Translations under genes and position numbers: made by a program | The notes under the pieces: generated by a model | Database searches by the model: none | What the model was told of the DNA's origin: nothing | Seen by the model: only the letters and a program-made list of their open reading frames with translations | Shown: piece after piece, positions 19,330-27,211 of the stretch | Layout: the number at the start of each line of letters is the position of its first letter | How positions within the stretch are numbered: position 1 is the first letter of the stretch | Sequence record: PP216084 | Origin: Escherichia phage vB_EcoS_HZ_ZJUN2 | DNA length: 64,000 nt | Direction: 5' to 3' (one strand)

Positions 19330-20849
19330 ATATCGCTGGCCTGTTCACCTGTTGAATTTTCAGCTTTGTCTTTCTTAGCACGTTTAGGTTGAGCCGGCTT
19401 ATCCTTCTCAATAGGGATAACGAACTCAGCTTCCATTTGAGATATATCTTCCATTGCTAGGTTGGTAGTGTTATCCATTCGCAGAGTTTCCCAGTTCATT
19501 TTAGGCATAAACTTCACGCTATCAGAAGAACGAGTCTTAACGAAGTCAAACATAATAGCACCTTGACCATTATCAGCTTTTGCAGCATTAAGATTAGCAG
19601 CCATGTCTGCGGAATCAAGAATCCCCTTTGACATACGTGTTCTACCATCTTGATCGATCTGGTAAGGAGCTACACCAGCCACGTTATGTTTCTGGCAGAT
19701 AGATTTGAAAGACGAGCTAACAACCATCTGTTCTTTCCAGTCATACATATCAATGGTTTTAGAGTCTGGAAGTCGGGTTTGGTTAATATAGTCCAGTAAG
19801 GCTACTGTAACTTTATCTCCATATCTAGCAACTAATTTATTTAGTTCTACGTCAACTGTTGTAATAGACAGCTCAGGGTCATAAACAATAATCATAGGAG
19901 TATGTAGTTCATACCCTTCTATTAGCTTACTCTCCATATCGTAGAAATCACTCATCTTAGCCATTGTGTATTGTTTAACGAAGTTATCAAAAAGCTCTTC
20001 ACCACCATTAAACATTCTAGCTCTAGTTCTGGCTAATCTCAACAGAGCTGCACCTTCTAGAGTATTATTACGCATTGCTAGTGCTGATACACCTGCTAAC
20101 ATGGCTAGATTACGTCTAAATACTTCATGTTCTTTCATCTCAATTGAGAAGTATGGAGCAATATCTCCATTCAAATATTGCTGAACCTGTATGTTTGAAC
20201 AGATAATGGATTTACCAGTACCACGCCAACCACCAAGCAGTAACGTTTCTGTGCGAGCTAAACCAATTTGAGCGTCGAACTCATTACAAATACCAAGAGC
20301 GATTAAGTTCAGTTTGGTATCTTCTTCTCTCTGGAAAATACGCATGTTATCTGCGTTGAATACTTTTCCAGTATTCGTTACTTTCTCTTCTAATTTTAAG
20401 TGAAGGGAGGCAACTCGGTTGAGAATTTCTCCCTGATCCAGCATTGTTAAATCTTGAAGCACGTCTGTTTCTAGAAGCTTCAGGAATAGATCCTGCGTAT
20501 ATTCGGCTTCTAGGACTTCAAGTGCCTGTTCCATGCTCACTTCTGGAATTTGAGTGTTAGCTAAGACGACTAGAGCTTGAGAAAGGCGGGCGTTCCTATT
20601 AGCTTCAAGCATAAGTGCGTCAATGGACGGCATTGTGTTATATTTTTTATAATAATTCTGGACGGCTTGGTAAATTGAGGAGAAAGCGTCATTAAAATGA
20701 TCTTTATGCAGTTTTGAGAATGTTTCCAATGCTATTTGCTTCTGTTCTGAAGCAAGAAGCATCTTCAACACTACAGCTTGCACGTTAAACAAGGTCATTC
20801 TCCTTTGCACGCTTTCGTGCCTTCTAAATGCAAAAAGGGGAAGGAGCAT
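19326..20849 (-). CDS. RecA-fold replicative helicase (DnaB-like)
   Basis: 507 aa; Walker A LLGGWRGTGKS. Confidence 0.65.
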   Translation of the reverse strand: MLLPLFAFRRHESVQRRMTLFNVQAVVLKMLLASEQKQIALETFSKLHKDHFNDAFSSIYQAVQNYYKKYNTMPSIDALMLEANRNARLSQALVVLANTQIPEVSMEQALEVLEAEYTQDLFLKLLETDVLQDLTMLDQGEILNRVASLHLKLEEKVTNTGKVFNADNMRIFQREEDTKLNLIALGICNEFDAQIGLARTETLLLGGWRGTGKSIICSNIQVQQYLNGDIAPYFSIEMKEHEVFRRNLAMLAGVSALAMRNNTLEGAALLRLARTRARMFNGGEELFDNFVKQYTMAKMSDFYDMESKLIEGYELHTPMIIVYDPELSITTVDVELNKLVARYGDKVTVALLDYINQTRLPDSKTIDMYDWKEQMVVSSSFKSICQKHNVAGVAPYQIDQDGRTRMSKGILDSADMAANLNAAKADNGQGAIMFDFVKTRSSDSVKFMPKMNWETLRMDNTTNLAMEDISQMEAEFVIPIEKDKPAQPKRAKKDKAENSTGEQASDI

Positions 20850-20863
20850 AGCCCCCTCCCCTT
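20831..20863 (-). terminator. putative intrinsic terminator
   Basis: 7-bp stem AAGGGGA/TCCCCTT with 15-nt loop and a T-run on the minus strand. Confidence 0.4.
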
Positions 20864-20880
20864 AGGTTTAATTTACCAGA

Positions 20881-21648
20881 TTATTCAGCAGCCGCAGCTT
20901 TTGCATCCAGTTTAGCACGCTTAGCGGCACCATCATAGTCCTTAGCAACCAGACCACGACGAGACAGCATAGATTTAACACCACGCTCAGACTTACCAGT
21001 TTTCTCAGCGATCTCAGCAACAGTCATGTTAACCAGATCCAGACCTTCTAACAGATCTTCACGAGTTTTAGCACTTGAAGTTTCCTGTACCGGCATAGCA
21101 GCGATACGACCTTCACGAAGCAGGCTCAGAGCTTTACCACGGATCTGCTTAATATTGCGACCGAAGTGAGCAGCGATAGCTTCAATAGTAGCACCAGCAA
21201 CAACCTGATTAACAAAATCAGTTTCTTCATCCGGAGTGAAGGAACGAACAGCGGCAGCTTTTTCGGTTGGTTTAACAGAAGCGGTCATTTCCAGACTCAG
21301 GATCTTACCCTGTACCTGTTTAGCACCGAACTGACCACCAGCTACAGCAGCAGCGATTTCAGCATAGGTATACTGACCAGCATGAGCGTTCAGGAAATCA
21401 ACCAGCTCAGCTTCCTGCTCAGGAGTCCACGGGGATTTCTGTACTTCGTTAGCTTTCTGTACTTCAAAACCTTCTTTACGCAGTTTAGAGCCAACAGAGC
21501 GAGCAGTAACATCTTTGCCAGTTTCAGCAGCTAGTTCAGCAGCAATAGCAGCTACTTGTTCTTGAGAGATTACAGCAACACCCAGAGCAGTGGCTTTTGC
21601 TTTCAGAGACTCGGTTACACCTTCTACGTTCCAGTTCAGTTTAGACAT
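20881..21648 (-). CDS. DNA-binding protein with three helix-turn-helix-like repeats (D5-like by position)
   Basis: 255 aa, Ala-rich; three repeats of an …EIA…G…KQ.RGK.LS… module. Confidence 0.5.
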   Translation of the reverse strand: MSKLNWNVEGVTESLKAKATALGVAVISQEQVAAIAAELAAETGKDVTARSVGSKLRKEGFEVQKANEVQKSPWTPEQEAELVDFLNAHAGQYTYAEIAAAVAGGQFGAKQVQGKILSLEMTASVKPTEKAAAVRSFTPDEETDFVNQVVAGATIEAIAAHFGRNIKQIRGKALSLLREGRIAAMPVQETSSAKTREDLLEGLDLVNMTVAEIAEKTGKSERGVKSMLSRRGLVAKDYDGAAKRAKLDAKAAAAE

Positions 21649-22423
21649 TATTATTTTTCTCCAATAGTTCTTTAATCGACAGGATTTCTATCCCATTCGT
21701 TTCGGCTTTCTTATAAGATGAGGAAGAACGTTTTGATTCATCCTCACAGATTAGGTATTTGACGTCTTTGGTAACGGATTTCTTAACCGTATACCCTAGA
21801 CCTTCTAAATAGTTTGTTGCATCCGTTCTATTTGCAAAATCTTGCAAAGATCCGGTAATACATACCGCGATTCCATTTGGCTTGGCAACTAATTCATCCG
21901 TAGTGATAATATTAGCTTTAGTGCCCTTAATACCAGTTGAGAATTTCCACGGTAGTTCGATAACATCCTTGCCTTGTGGGGAATTTAGCCAGGCTTTGTA
22001 ATTTTCTCCAGCCTTGCCGTCAGCCTTCACATCATGGAAGCTAGTGCAATTTTGGGATAATTTCTTTGCTGCAACCTCTCCAATTAGAGGGATTCCTAAA
22101 GAACCGAGAACTGAACCAAAGTCAATGTCTCCGCGAACTTTAGTATTTAATTCGCTAATTAACTTAGCGGCAACCTTGCTACCCACGGCTCTAACCAAAT
22201 CTTCTTCGGTTAGGTAAAATAGTTCTGAAATCTTCGTCAGCTCCAGCTTCTCAATAGTTTTTGGGCCAAAGCCCTTTAACTTCATTTTTGAACAGAAGTT
22301 CTCAATTAACTTGCTTGATTGCGCTGGACAGTTGGACTTATTACGACAGAATAATTGTCCGTTGACAAGATCTAGCTTAGAACCACAAGAGGGACATTGT
22401 GTTGGAATTTCGATTTTCATCAA
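21641..22423 (-). CDS. ligB: NAD-dependent DNA ligase, C-terminal subunit (zinc finger/HhH/BRCT part)
   Basis: N-terminal Cys4 pattern CPSCGSKL…CRNKSNC; follows the adenylation-domain ORF. Confidence 0.7.
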   Translation of the reverse strand: MMKIEIPTQCPSCGSKLDLVNGQLFCRNKSNCPAQSSKLIENFCSKMKLKGFGPKTIEKLELTKISELFYLTEEDLVRAVGSKVAAKLISELNTKVRGDIDFGSVLGSLGIPLIGEVAAKKLSQNCTSFHDVKADGKAGENYKAWLNSPQGKDVIELPWKFSTGIKGTKANIITTDELVAKPNGIAVCITGSLQDFANRTDATNYLEGLGYTVKKSVTKDVKYLICEDESKRSSSSYKKAETNGIEILSIKELLEKNNNV

Positions 22424-22450
22424 ATTTCTTCCTTATCAATTTATATAAAT

Positions 22451-22479
22451 ATTATAGCAAGTATTTAAGCATTTAGCAA
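22451..22479 (-). promoter_or_regulatory. T5-type promoter inside the ligase intergenic region (minus strand)
   Basis: Reverse complement TTGCTA - 17 bp - TATAAT followed by ATTTATATAAATT. Confidence 0.6.
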
Positions 22480-22543
22480 CTACAATTTTAATTAACTTTG
22501 CTTACCCTCGCCATAACTTTCTATCCCTCAACTGAATGATAAT

Positions 22544-22572
22544 AGTATATACCTAAGCGGCGAAAATGTCAA
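22544..22572 (-). promoter_or_regulatory. second sigma70 promoter inside the ligase intergenic region (minus strand)
   Basis: Reverse complement TTGACA - 17 bp - TATACT. Confidence 0.5.
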
Positions 22573-22622
22573 TAACCACTTTATAATTCCGATATGGTAG
22601 ATGGGTAGCAAAGGGTTATGTA

Positions 22623-23597
22623 TTAATCGTATACTCGCTCTACTATGCACGGGATTACACCACCAGCACGAATCACTCGAATCTGGCAACCGATCTCTAG
22701 ATCGAGAGAGTTAATATAATCAACGTTATTAAGAGTTGCTTTAACAATTGTAGCATCATCAATAATTACCGGTTCGAAATAACCAACTGGAGTTACTTTA
22801 CCAGAAGCCCCTACCTGCCATTCAACTTTAGTAAGAGTTGTAATCTCGCCTTCTTCATCCTCTTTAATGGCGAAGGCTCCACGAGGGAATTTATTAGTCC
22901 AGCCTTCACGGAAGAATTTGTTGTTGTCATTAATACGAACAACTTTACCGTCCGTCGGAATCCATTTAAAGAAGGAACGCACATTAACAACTGTTAAGAA
23001 GTTCTCATTCTCTAGCCAAAGCATATCTTTTAAGTATGCTTCTGTAATACCTACAGATTCAGCAGAACATTGGATACCATAAGCAACAAAGATTAAACCG
23101 CCTTCTCCAATGCGTTGTACGAAAGCATCACTATCTTTGAGGTTAATAGCACCAGAGGCAAAGTTACGTTTATTTTCTACTTCTTTTGTAATTAGAACTT
23201 CACCAGTGATTTGAGTAGGTACTTTTTGGGAAATCTTTTTAGGAATATTCAGCAATCTTACGTTGCTTGTGACATCATTCCCCAGAATACCATTACCACG
23301 AGTTAATGCTTGAACAAATTCACCGTTAATATATAATAGAGAAATTGCACAACCATCTAACTTATCAGTTTCTACCTGACCTAAAGGATTAAATGGTGGT
23401 TTATCCCCACGATTATAATAAACTTTCTGTAAAGAATACATACGGTACAGATGTGGAATATCTCCCTTAGGCCCGATCTCTTCTTCTAGTGGGAAGCGTT
23501 TTACCAGGCAATCATACTCCTCATCAGAGATTAAAGACATGCCTTGATAATATGCTTCTTGACAACGCTTAATAAAGCCTCTTACATTATTCATCAT
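22623..23597 (-). CDS. ligA: NAD-dependent DNA ligase, N-terminal adenylation subunit
   Basis: 324 aa; adenylation lysine motif KLDG (…ETDKLDGCAISLLY…). Confidence 0.8.
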   Translation of the reverse strand: MMNNVRGFIKRCQEAYYQGMSLISDEEYDCLVKRFPLEEEIGPKGDIPHLYRMYSLQKVYYNRGDKPPFNPLGQVETDKLDGCAISLLYINGEFVQALTRGNGILGNDVTSNVRLLNIPKKISQKVPTQITGEVLITKEVENKRNFASGAINLKDSDAFVQRIGEGGLIFVAYGIQCSAESVGITEAYLKDMLWLENENFLTVVNVRSFFKWIPTDGKVVRINDNNKFFREGWTNKFPRGAFAIKEDEEGEITTLTKVEWQVGASGKVTPVGYFEPVIIDDATIVKATLNNVDYINSLDLEIGCQIRVIRAGGVIPCIVERVYD

Positions 23598-23787
23598 CGG
23601 CGATTTCCATCTTGAGTTCTTTATTATATTGTGTAACCATGTCCATCAAATCAGCAGATTCTTTCAGAAACGCATCTTTGTACACCTTTTGATTTACTGT
23701 GCCTATGCTATCTTGATAATTAATACGTGCTGTGGAAAGTAGATTAAGTTTTGCTTGAATCTTGGGAAGTGTTACTGTCATTGCCAT
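23587..23787 (-). CDS. hypothetical protein
   Basis: 66-aa ORF. Confidence 0.4.
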   Translation of the reverse strand: MAMTVTLPKIQAKLNLLSTARINYQDSIGTVNQKVYKDAFLKESADLMDMVTQYNKELKMEIADDE

Positions 23788-24060
23788 TCACCGTACCTCA
23801 TATGCTTTAGGCTGTCTAGTGGATCCGTGCCATGTATAATTTTTGCAAAGATGCAAATATGTAGTTTTTACTAGCCTATCCGATAATGGAGAGTATATTT
23901 CAGCTATTAATACTTCTTTTTCGTAATAAAGTGAAATCAGTTTATACCCAGTTCTAGTTTTAGTATACTTTTCCCCATTAATCTTTTCCTCCCACATGAG
24001 TATGAGAGGCTGTCCGATATATGGAAAAGGTTTAAGTGTACTTATATTTATCTTTTTCAC
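23788..24060 (-). CDS. hypothetical protein
   Basis: 90-aa ORF downstream of the promoter at 24091-24119. Confidence 0.45.
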   Translation of the reverse strand: MKKINISTLKPFPYIGQPLILMWEEKINGEKYTKTRTGYKLISLYYEKEVLIAEIYSPLSDRLVKTTYLHLCKNYTWHGSTRQPKAYEVR

Positions 24061-24090
24061 TTTGCAACCCTCTCATTAATTTATATAAAT

Positions 24091-24119
24091 ATTATATAAC
24101 AAAACTGAGTTGAAAGCAA
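24091..24119 (-). promoter_or_regulatory. T5-type promoter (minus strand)
   Basis: Reverse complement TTGCTT - 17 bp - TATAAT followed by ATTTATATAAATTAATGAGAG. Confidence 0.6.
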
Positions 24120-24125
24120 ATACAT

Positions 24126-24437
24126 TTATTCTTTTTCCGCCAGGCGTTTAGCTTCTTTTTCTACTTCTAATAAAACCTCACTATTAGATAATATTTTAGT
24201 AAATGCCTTAAATAAATGAGATGTTGTTTCTAGAGTGTATGGCATACTGAATCCACTTTTTGTTGGAAACCATTCACCTTCTATATCTTGGAGCCAGTAC
24301 CTAATTCCTAAGTATAGATTCCCCCTAAACTCAGATACAGTTAGCCTAACCTGTTGGCCATCTTCTCTCTCCCAGATAACTATGGACTGATCATCTACAT
24401 GTCCAACATAATCCTGATTTACATTATCTCCTGACAT
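24126..24437 (-). CDS. hypothetical protein
   Basis: 103-aa ORF. Confidence 0.45.
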   Translation of the reverse strand: MSGDNVNQDYVGHVDDQSIVIWEREDGQQVRLTVSEFRGNLYLGIRYWLQDIEGEWFPTKSGFSMPYTLETTSHLFKAFTKILSNSEVLLEVEKEAKRLAEKE

Positions 24438-25084
24438 TTTATTGCTCCCTGACTTAGGAGATATTCCTCTGCCTCCTCTGGTTGAATACTGAAAAACTCA
24501 GTAGAACCGTCAAATATTGACTCTGTAAATATCTGCATACTAGAAAAGAATTGATGGGCTTTATTTTCTAGGGTATATGCAGAGCCTTCATAAGAGTATA
24601 CCCCATATATACTCAGATCCACCAAATTAGAATCTTTTTTAATCTCTTGAAGTCTTCTATCTGGGTTTTTAGATGTTCCTATTTTTGTTCCTAGCTGCGG
24701 GCTATAAAATAGATACAAATAGCTTGTAGCCGCACAGATAGGGCAAGATCTTCTAGCATTTTTAATCTTATCCACGCTGCTAACCCATCTATGTCCTTCT
24801 ACACACTCGAACTCTGCTTGACTACGGGAATTAATATAGGGAGATATAAGTTTTATACCCCTACTGGCTAGCTGTTGGTTTATTTGCTCTACAGTAAGCT
24901 TAGCTTTATTACTACAATGTGGGCAACCACTACCCTTTCTTATATTATTTAGGTAAGCTTTCCATTGGTGGCCCTTTAAGCATTTAAACATGGCTGGTGT
25001 TCTTATGTTAACCCATTCACTTACTATACTAAAGCCTCGTGACTCTAATTCTTTATTTATTTGTTTTGCTGTTAACTTTTTCAC
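24419..25084 (-). CDS. homing-endonuclease-like protein: two zinc-ribbon repeats plus GIY-YIG-superfamily (T5orf172-type) domain
   Basis: Repeats C..GH.W…G.GCP.C; YLYLFYSPQLGTKIGTSKNPDRRLQEI nuclease-like motif; paralogue of 35561-36424. Confidence 0.6.
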   Translation of the reverse strand: MKKLTAKQINKELESRGFSIVSEWVNIRTPAMFKCLKGHQWKAYLNNIRKGSGCPHCSNKAKLTVEQINQQLASRGIKLISPYINSRSQAEFECVEGHRWVSSVDKIKNARRSCPICAATSYLYLFYSPQLGTKIGTSKNPDRRLQEIKKDSNLVDLSIYGVYSYEGSAYTLENKAHQFFSSMQIFTESIFDGSTEFFSIQPEEAEEYLLSQGAIKCQEIM

Positions 25085-25102
25085 TATACTTTATATACAA
25101 CA

Positions 25103-25130
25103 AAGGAGAGCCGAAGCTCTCCTTTTCTTT
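25103..25130. terminator. hairpin terminator (usable on either strand)
   Basis: 9-bp stem AAGGAGAGC/GCTCTCCTT with CGAA loop, T-rich both sides. Confidence 0.6.
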
Positions 25131-25131
25131 A

Positions 25132-25422
25132 CTATTTTTTACCTACTGGCGTAGCTCTATCAAGTTCACTAGACAATGAAGTGATACGTTTTACCTTATT
25201 TACCGGGATGAATCGGAAGCTATCATTAGTACGGCTAAATACTAGAATCTCGTCGTCTTTTGGTTGGCGAATACGCTCCTGGGCGAATCGTTTACTGAGA
25301 TACTTATCAGAAAAGTCCATAGTACCTTGAAGATACGTAGTACCTTTTTGACGTAATTTCTCATAATGAAGGTAGAACTCGTTATGAGCTTCACATGCGG
25401 AGATGATTTCTTGTTTATTCAT
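25132..25422 (-). CDS. hypothetical protein
   Basis: 96-aa ORF. Confidence 0.45.
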   Translation of the reverse strand: MNKQEIISACEAHNEFYLHYEKLRQKGTTYLQGTMDFSDKYLSKRFAQERIRQPKDDEILVFSRTNDSFRFIPVNKVKRITSLSSELDRATPVGKK

Positions 25423-25437
25423 GCAAAAATCCCCTTA

Positions 25438-25848
25438 TTACTTAGTGATAGCTCGGATTGCTTCTGCCAGATGAGCAGCCGCTTTACCGGTCAGTTTGTC
25501 GATAATTGCATCATCCAGAAAATCTGGTGCTAGGCCAGCATCAGAGAATGCTGAACGCAGGTCGGCATGAGCTTGGGCTTTGGAAGTACGAGAACCGCCA
25601 GAAGCTTTTTCTCCAGTAGATGCGCTAGATTTAGAAGCAGAGCCAGCAGCTTTCTTGATATACAAACCTGCTTTAGTCAGCTTCATACGAAAACCGTTCG
25701 GAGTTACACCATTTTCCTGGGCAATTTCGCTAACAATTTCCATGCTAACACCCGGACGTTCATCCTCTGGGAATTGCTCCATACGAGCAACGTATTCGGA
25801 AGACATTTTTTCGAACAGTTCATCAGTCCACTGAGTTGGAGTAGTCAT
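25438..25848 (-). CDS. hypothetical protein (Ser/Ala-rich linker)
   Basis: 136-aa ORF with promoter at 25906-25934. Confidence 0.5.
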   Translation of the reverse strand: MTTPTQWTDELFEKMSSEYVARMEQFPEDERPGVSMEIVSEIAQENGVTPNGFRMKLTKAGLYIKKAAGSASKSSASTGEKASGGSRTSKAQAHADLRSAFSDAGLAPDFLDDAIIDKLTGKAAAHLAEAIRAITK

Positions 25849-25905
25849 ATTTTATATTTCCTTAATTAAGAATTAAACAGAATAGTTCTTTCAAACTATG
25901 AGAAT

Positions 25906-25934
25906 ATTATATCAAGAATTATAGGATTAAGCAA
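25906..25934 (-). promoter_or_regulatory. T5-type promoter (minus strand)
   Basis: Reverse complement TTGCTT - 17 bp - TATAAT. Confidence 0.6.
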
Positions 25935-25951
25935 CTGAAATTTTTCTGTAG

Positions 25952-26227
25952 TTACTCCACCAGGCCAACAGCGAGCATATCATCAATGCTGGCAATCTCC
26001 CAATCGTCGGCAATAGCTTCGCATACTGTTAACGTAACAACCTCACTATAGGGATAATTACCAGCTACCCAGGTATGCTGGGTAACTACATCCAAATCAG
26101 TATCCAAAGTTAATAATACTAAACCGTTATTATCGTTATTCCAACTTTTACGATATAAGGTTTTTGTTTCACCATCTTTCAGTAAATCTGTTAGTTTACT
26201 CACGGCGTTTTCCTTTTTCTTTATCAA
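25952..26227 (-). CDS. hypothetical protein
   Basis: 91-aa ORF; its 5' end overlaps the upstream gene. Confidence 0.4.
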   Translation of the reverse strand: MIKKKENAVSKLTDLLKDGETKTLYRKSWNNDNNGLVLLTLDTDLDVVTQHTWVAGNYPYSEVVTLTVCEAIADDWEIASIDDMLAVGLVE

Positions 26228-26900
26228 GTTTCAGGGCAGCCTTAACAGCTTCGTTAATCAACGTAATAATTTCTTCACGAGTCCATTTATATCCCAGAGA
26301 CTTTACGTCAACCCCTAACTTTTCCAGATGTTTAACAGAAGCCAGCTCGTAATTCATATAATGGACGTTCTGTTGTTTGCCCTCTGATAGAAGCCATACA
26401 CGGTAGCAACCAACAGGATTATCCATTGCTTTTTTGATTTCACCGATACACTGGTATCCAGGAACCCAAACAAGCTCACCAACTGCAAATTCTTCTGCTA
26501 CAGCATCATCAGGAATAATTGGAGGATTCAATGGATCTACAATATCGTTCAAACGAAGTAGAGCACCGTATCGTTCCAGAACAGATTTAACCATTGCTAC
26601 AGAGCGATAATTACGATCGGCAATTTCTTCAAAAGAATCACCAGACAAATACTGCTCAATAACGTTAGCTAACTCAATGCCTTCAATGAGAGTGCCGCGT
26701 TTCTTTTTCTTCATTTCGGCAACTTGAATCTGGCGGTCTTGCCATTCTTCAATCATCCTTTCCATAGTTGGGTTGGACGATACGCCGAGCATTTCACATG
26801 CTGCTTTCTTAGTACCACCGTTCTCCAGATGCTCTATAACCTTTTTAAAGACTTCATCTGGGATTTCATGGATATGTTTCTTTCTACGAGAAACAGCCAT
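26196..26900 (-). CDS. hypothetical protein with N-terminal helix-turn-helix-like segment
   Basis: 234 aa; first gene behind the N25-like promoter. Confidence 0.5.
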   Translation of the reverse strand: MAVSRRKKHIHEIPDEVFKKVIEHLENGGTKKAACEMLGVSSNPTMERMIEEWQDRQIQVAEMKKKKRGTLIEGIELANVIEQYLSGDSFEEIADRNYRSVAMVKSVLERYGALLRLNDIVDPLNPPIIPDDAVAEEFAVGELVWVPGYQCIGEIKKAMDNPVGCYRVWLLSEGKQQNVHYMNYELASVKHLEKLGVDVKSLGYKWTREEIITLINEAVKAALKLDKEKGKRRE

Positions 26901-26931
26901 ATTTAAACTCCTCTCTCAAATTTATGAATCT

Positions 26932-26960
26932 ATTATACAGAAATTTTTTGCACTATGCAA
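26932..26960 (-). promoter_or_regulatory. strong early promoter closely resembling the classical T5 N25 promoter
   Basis: Reverse complement AAAAATTTATTTGCAT - 17 bp - TATAAT then AGATTCATAAATTTGAGAGAGGAG, near-identical to the published N25 -10/downstream region as I recall it. Confidence 0.7.
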
Positions 26961-26968
26961 ATAAATTT

Positions 26969-27211
26969 TTACGATTCCTTGAGCAAAGAAGCAAGTTCAG
27001 CATAGACTTTATCTAACTCAAAGCCGATGCGAAGAGACACGTTTGTTTTCCGTTGTTTAAGTAACCACTCGGATATGTTAGGGATGCCAGCTAGTCTAGC
27101 AGGAACCACCCTACATAGCTTTTCCGAAGTATCATAAACAGGAACTTTACGTTCTTTTACTGGAAACTTCCTTGTTTCCCATTTTTTATTATTCACTGTC
27201 ATTTCTAGCAC
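26969..27211 (-). CDS. hypothetical protein
   Basis: 80-aa ORF. Confidence 0.4.
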   Translation of the reverse strand: MLEMTVNNKKWETRKFPVKERKVPVYDTSEKLCRVVPARLAGIPNISEWLLKQRKTNVSLRIGFELDKVYAELASLLKES

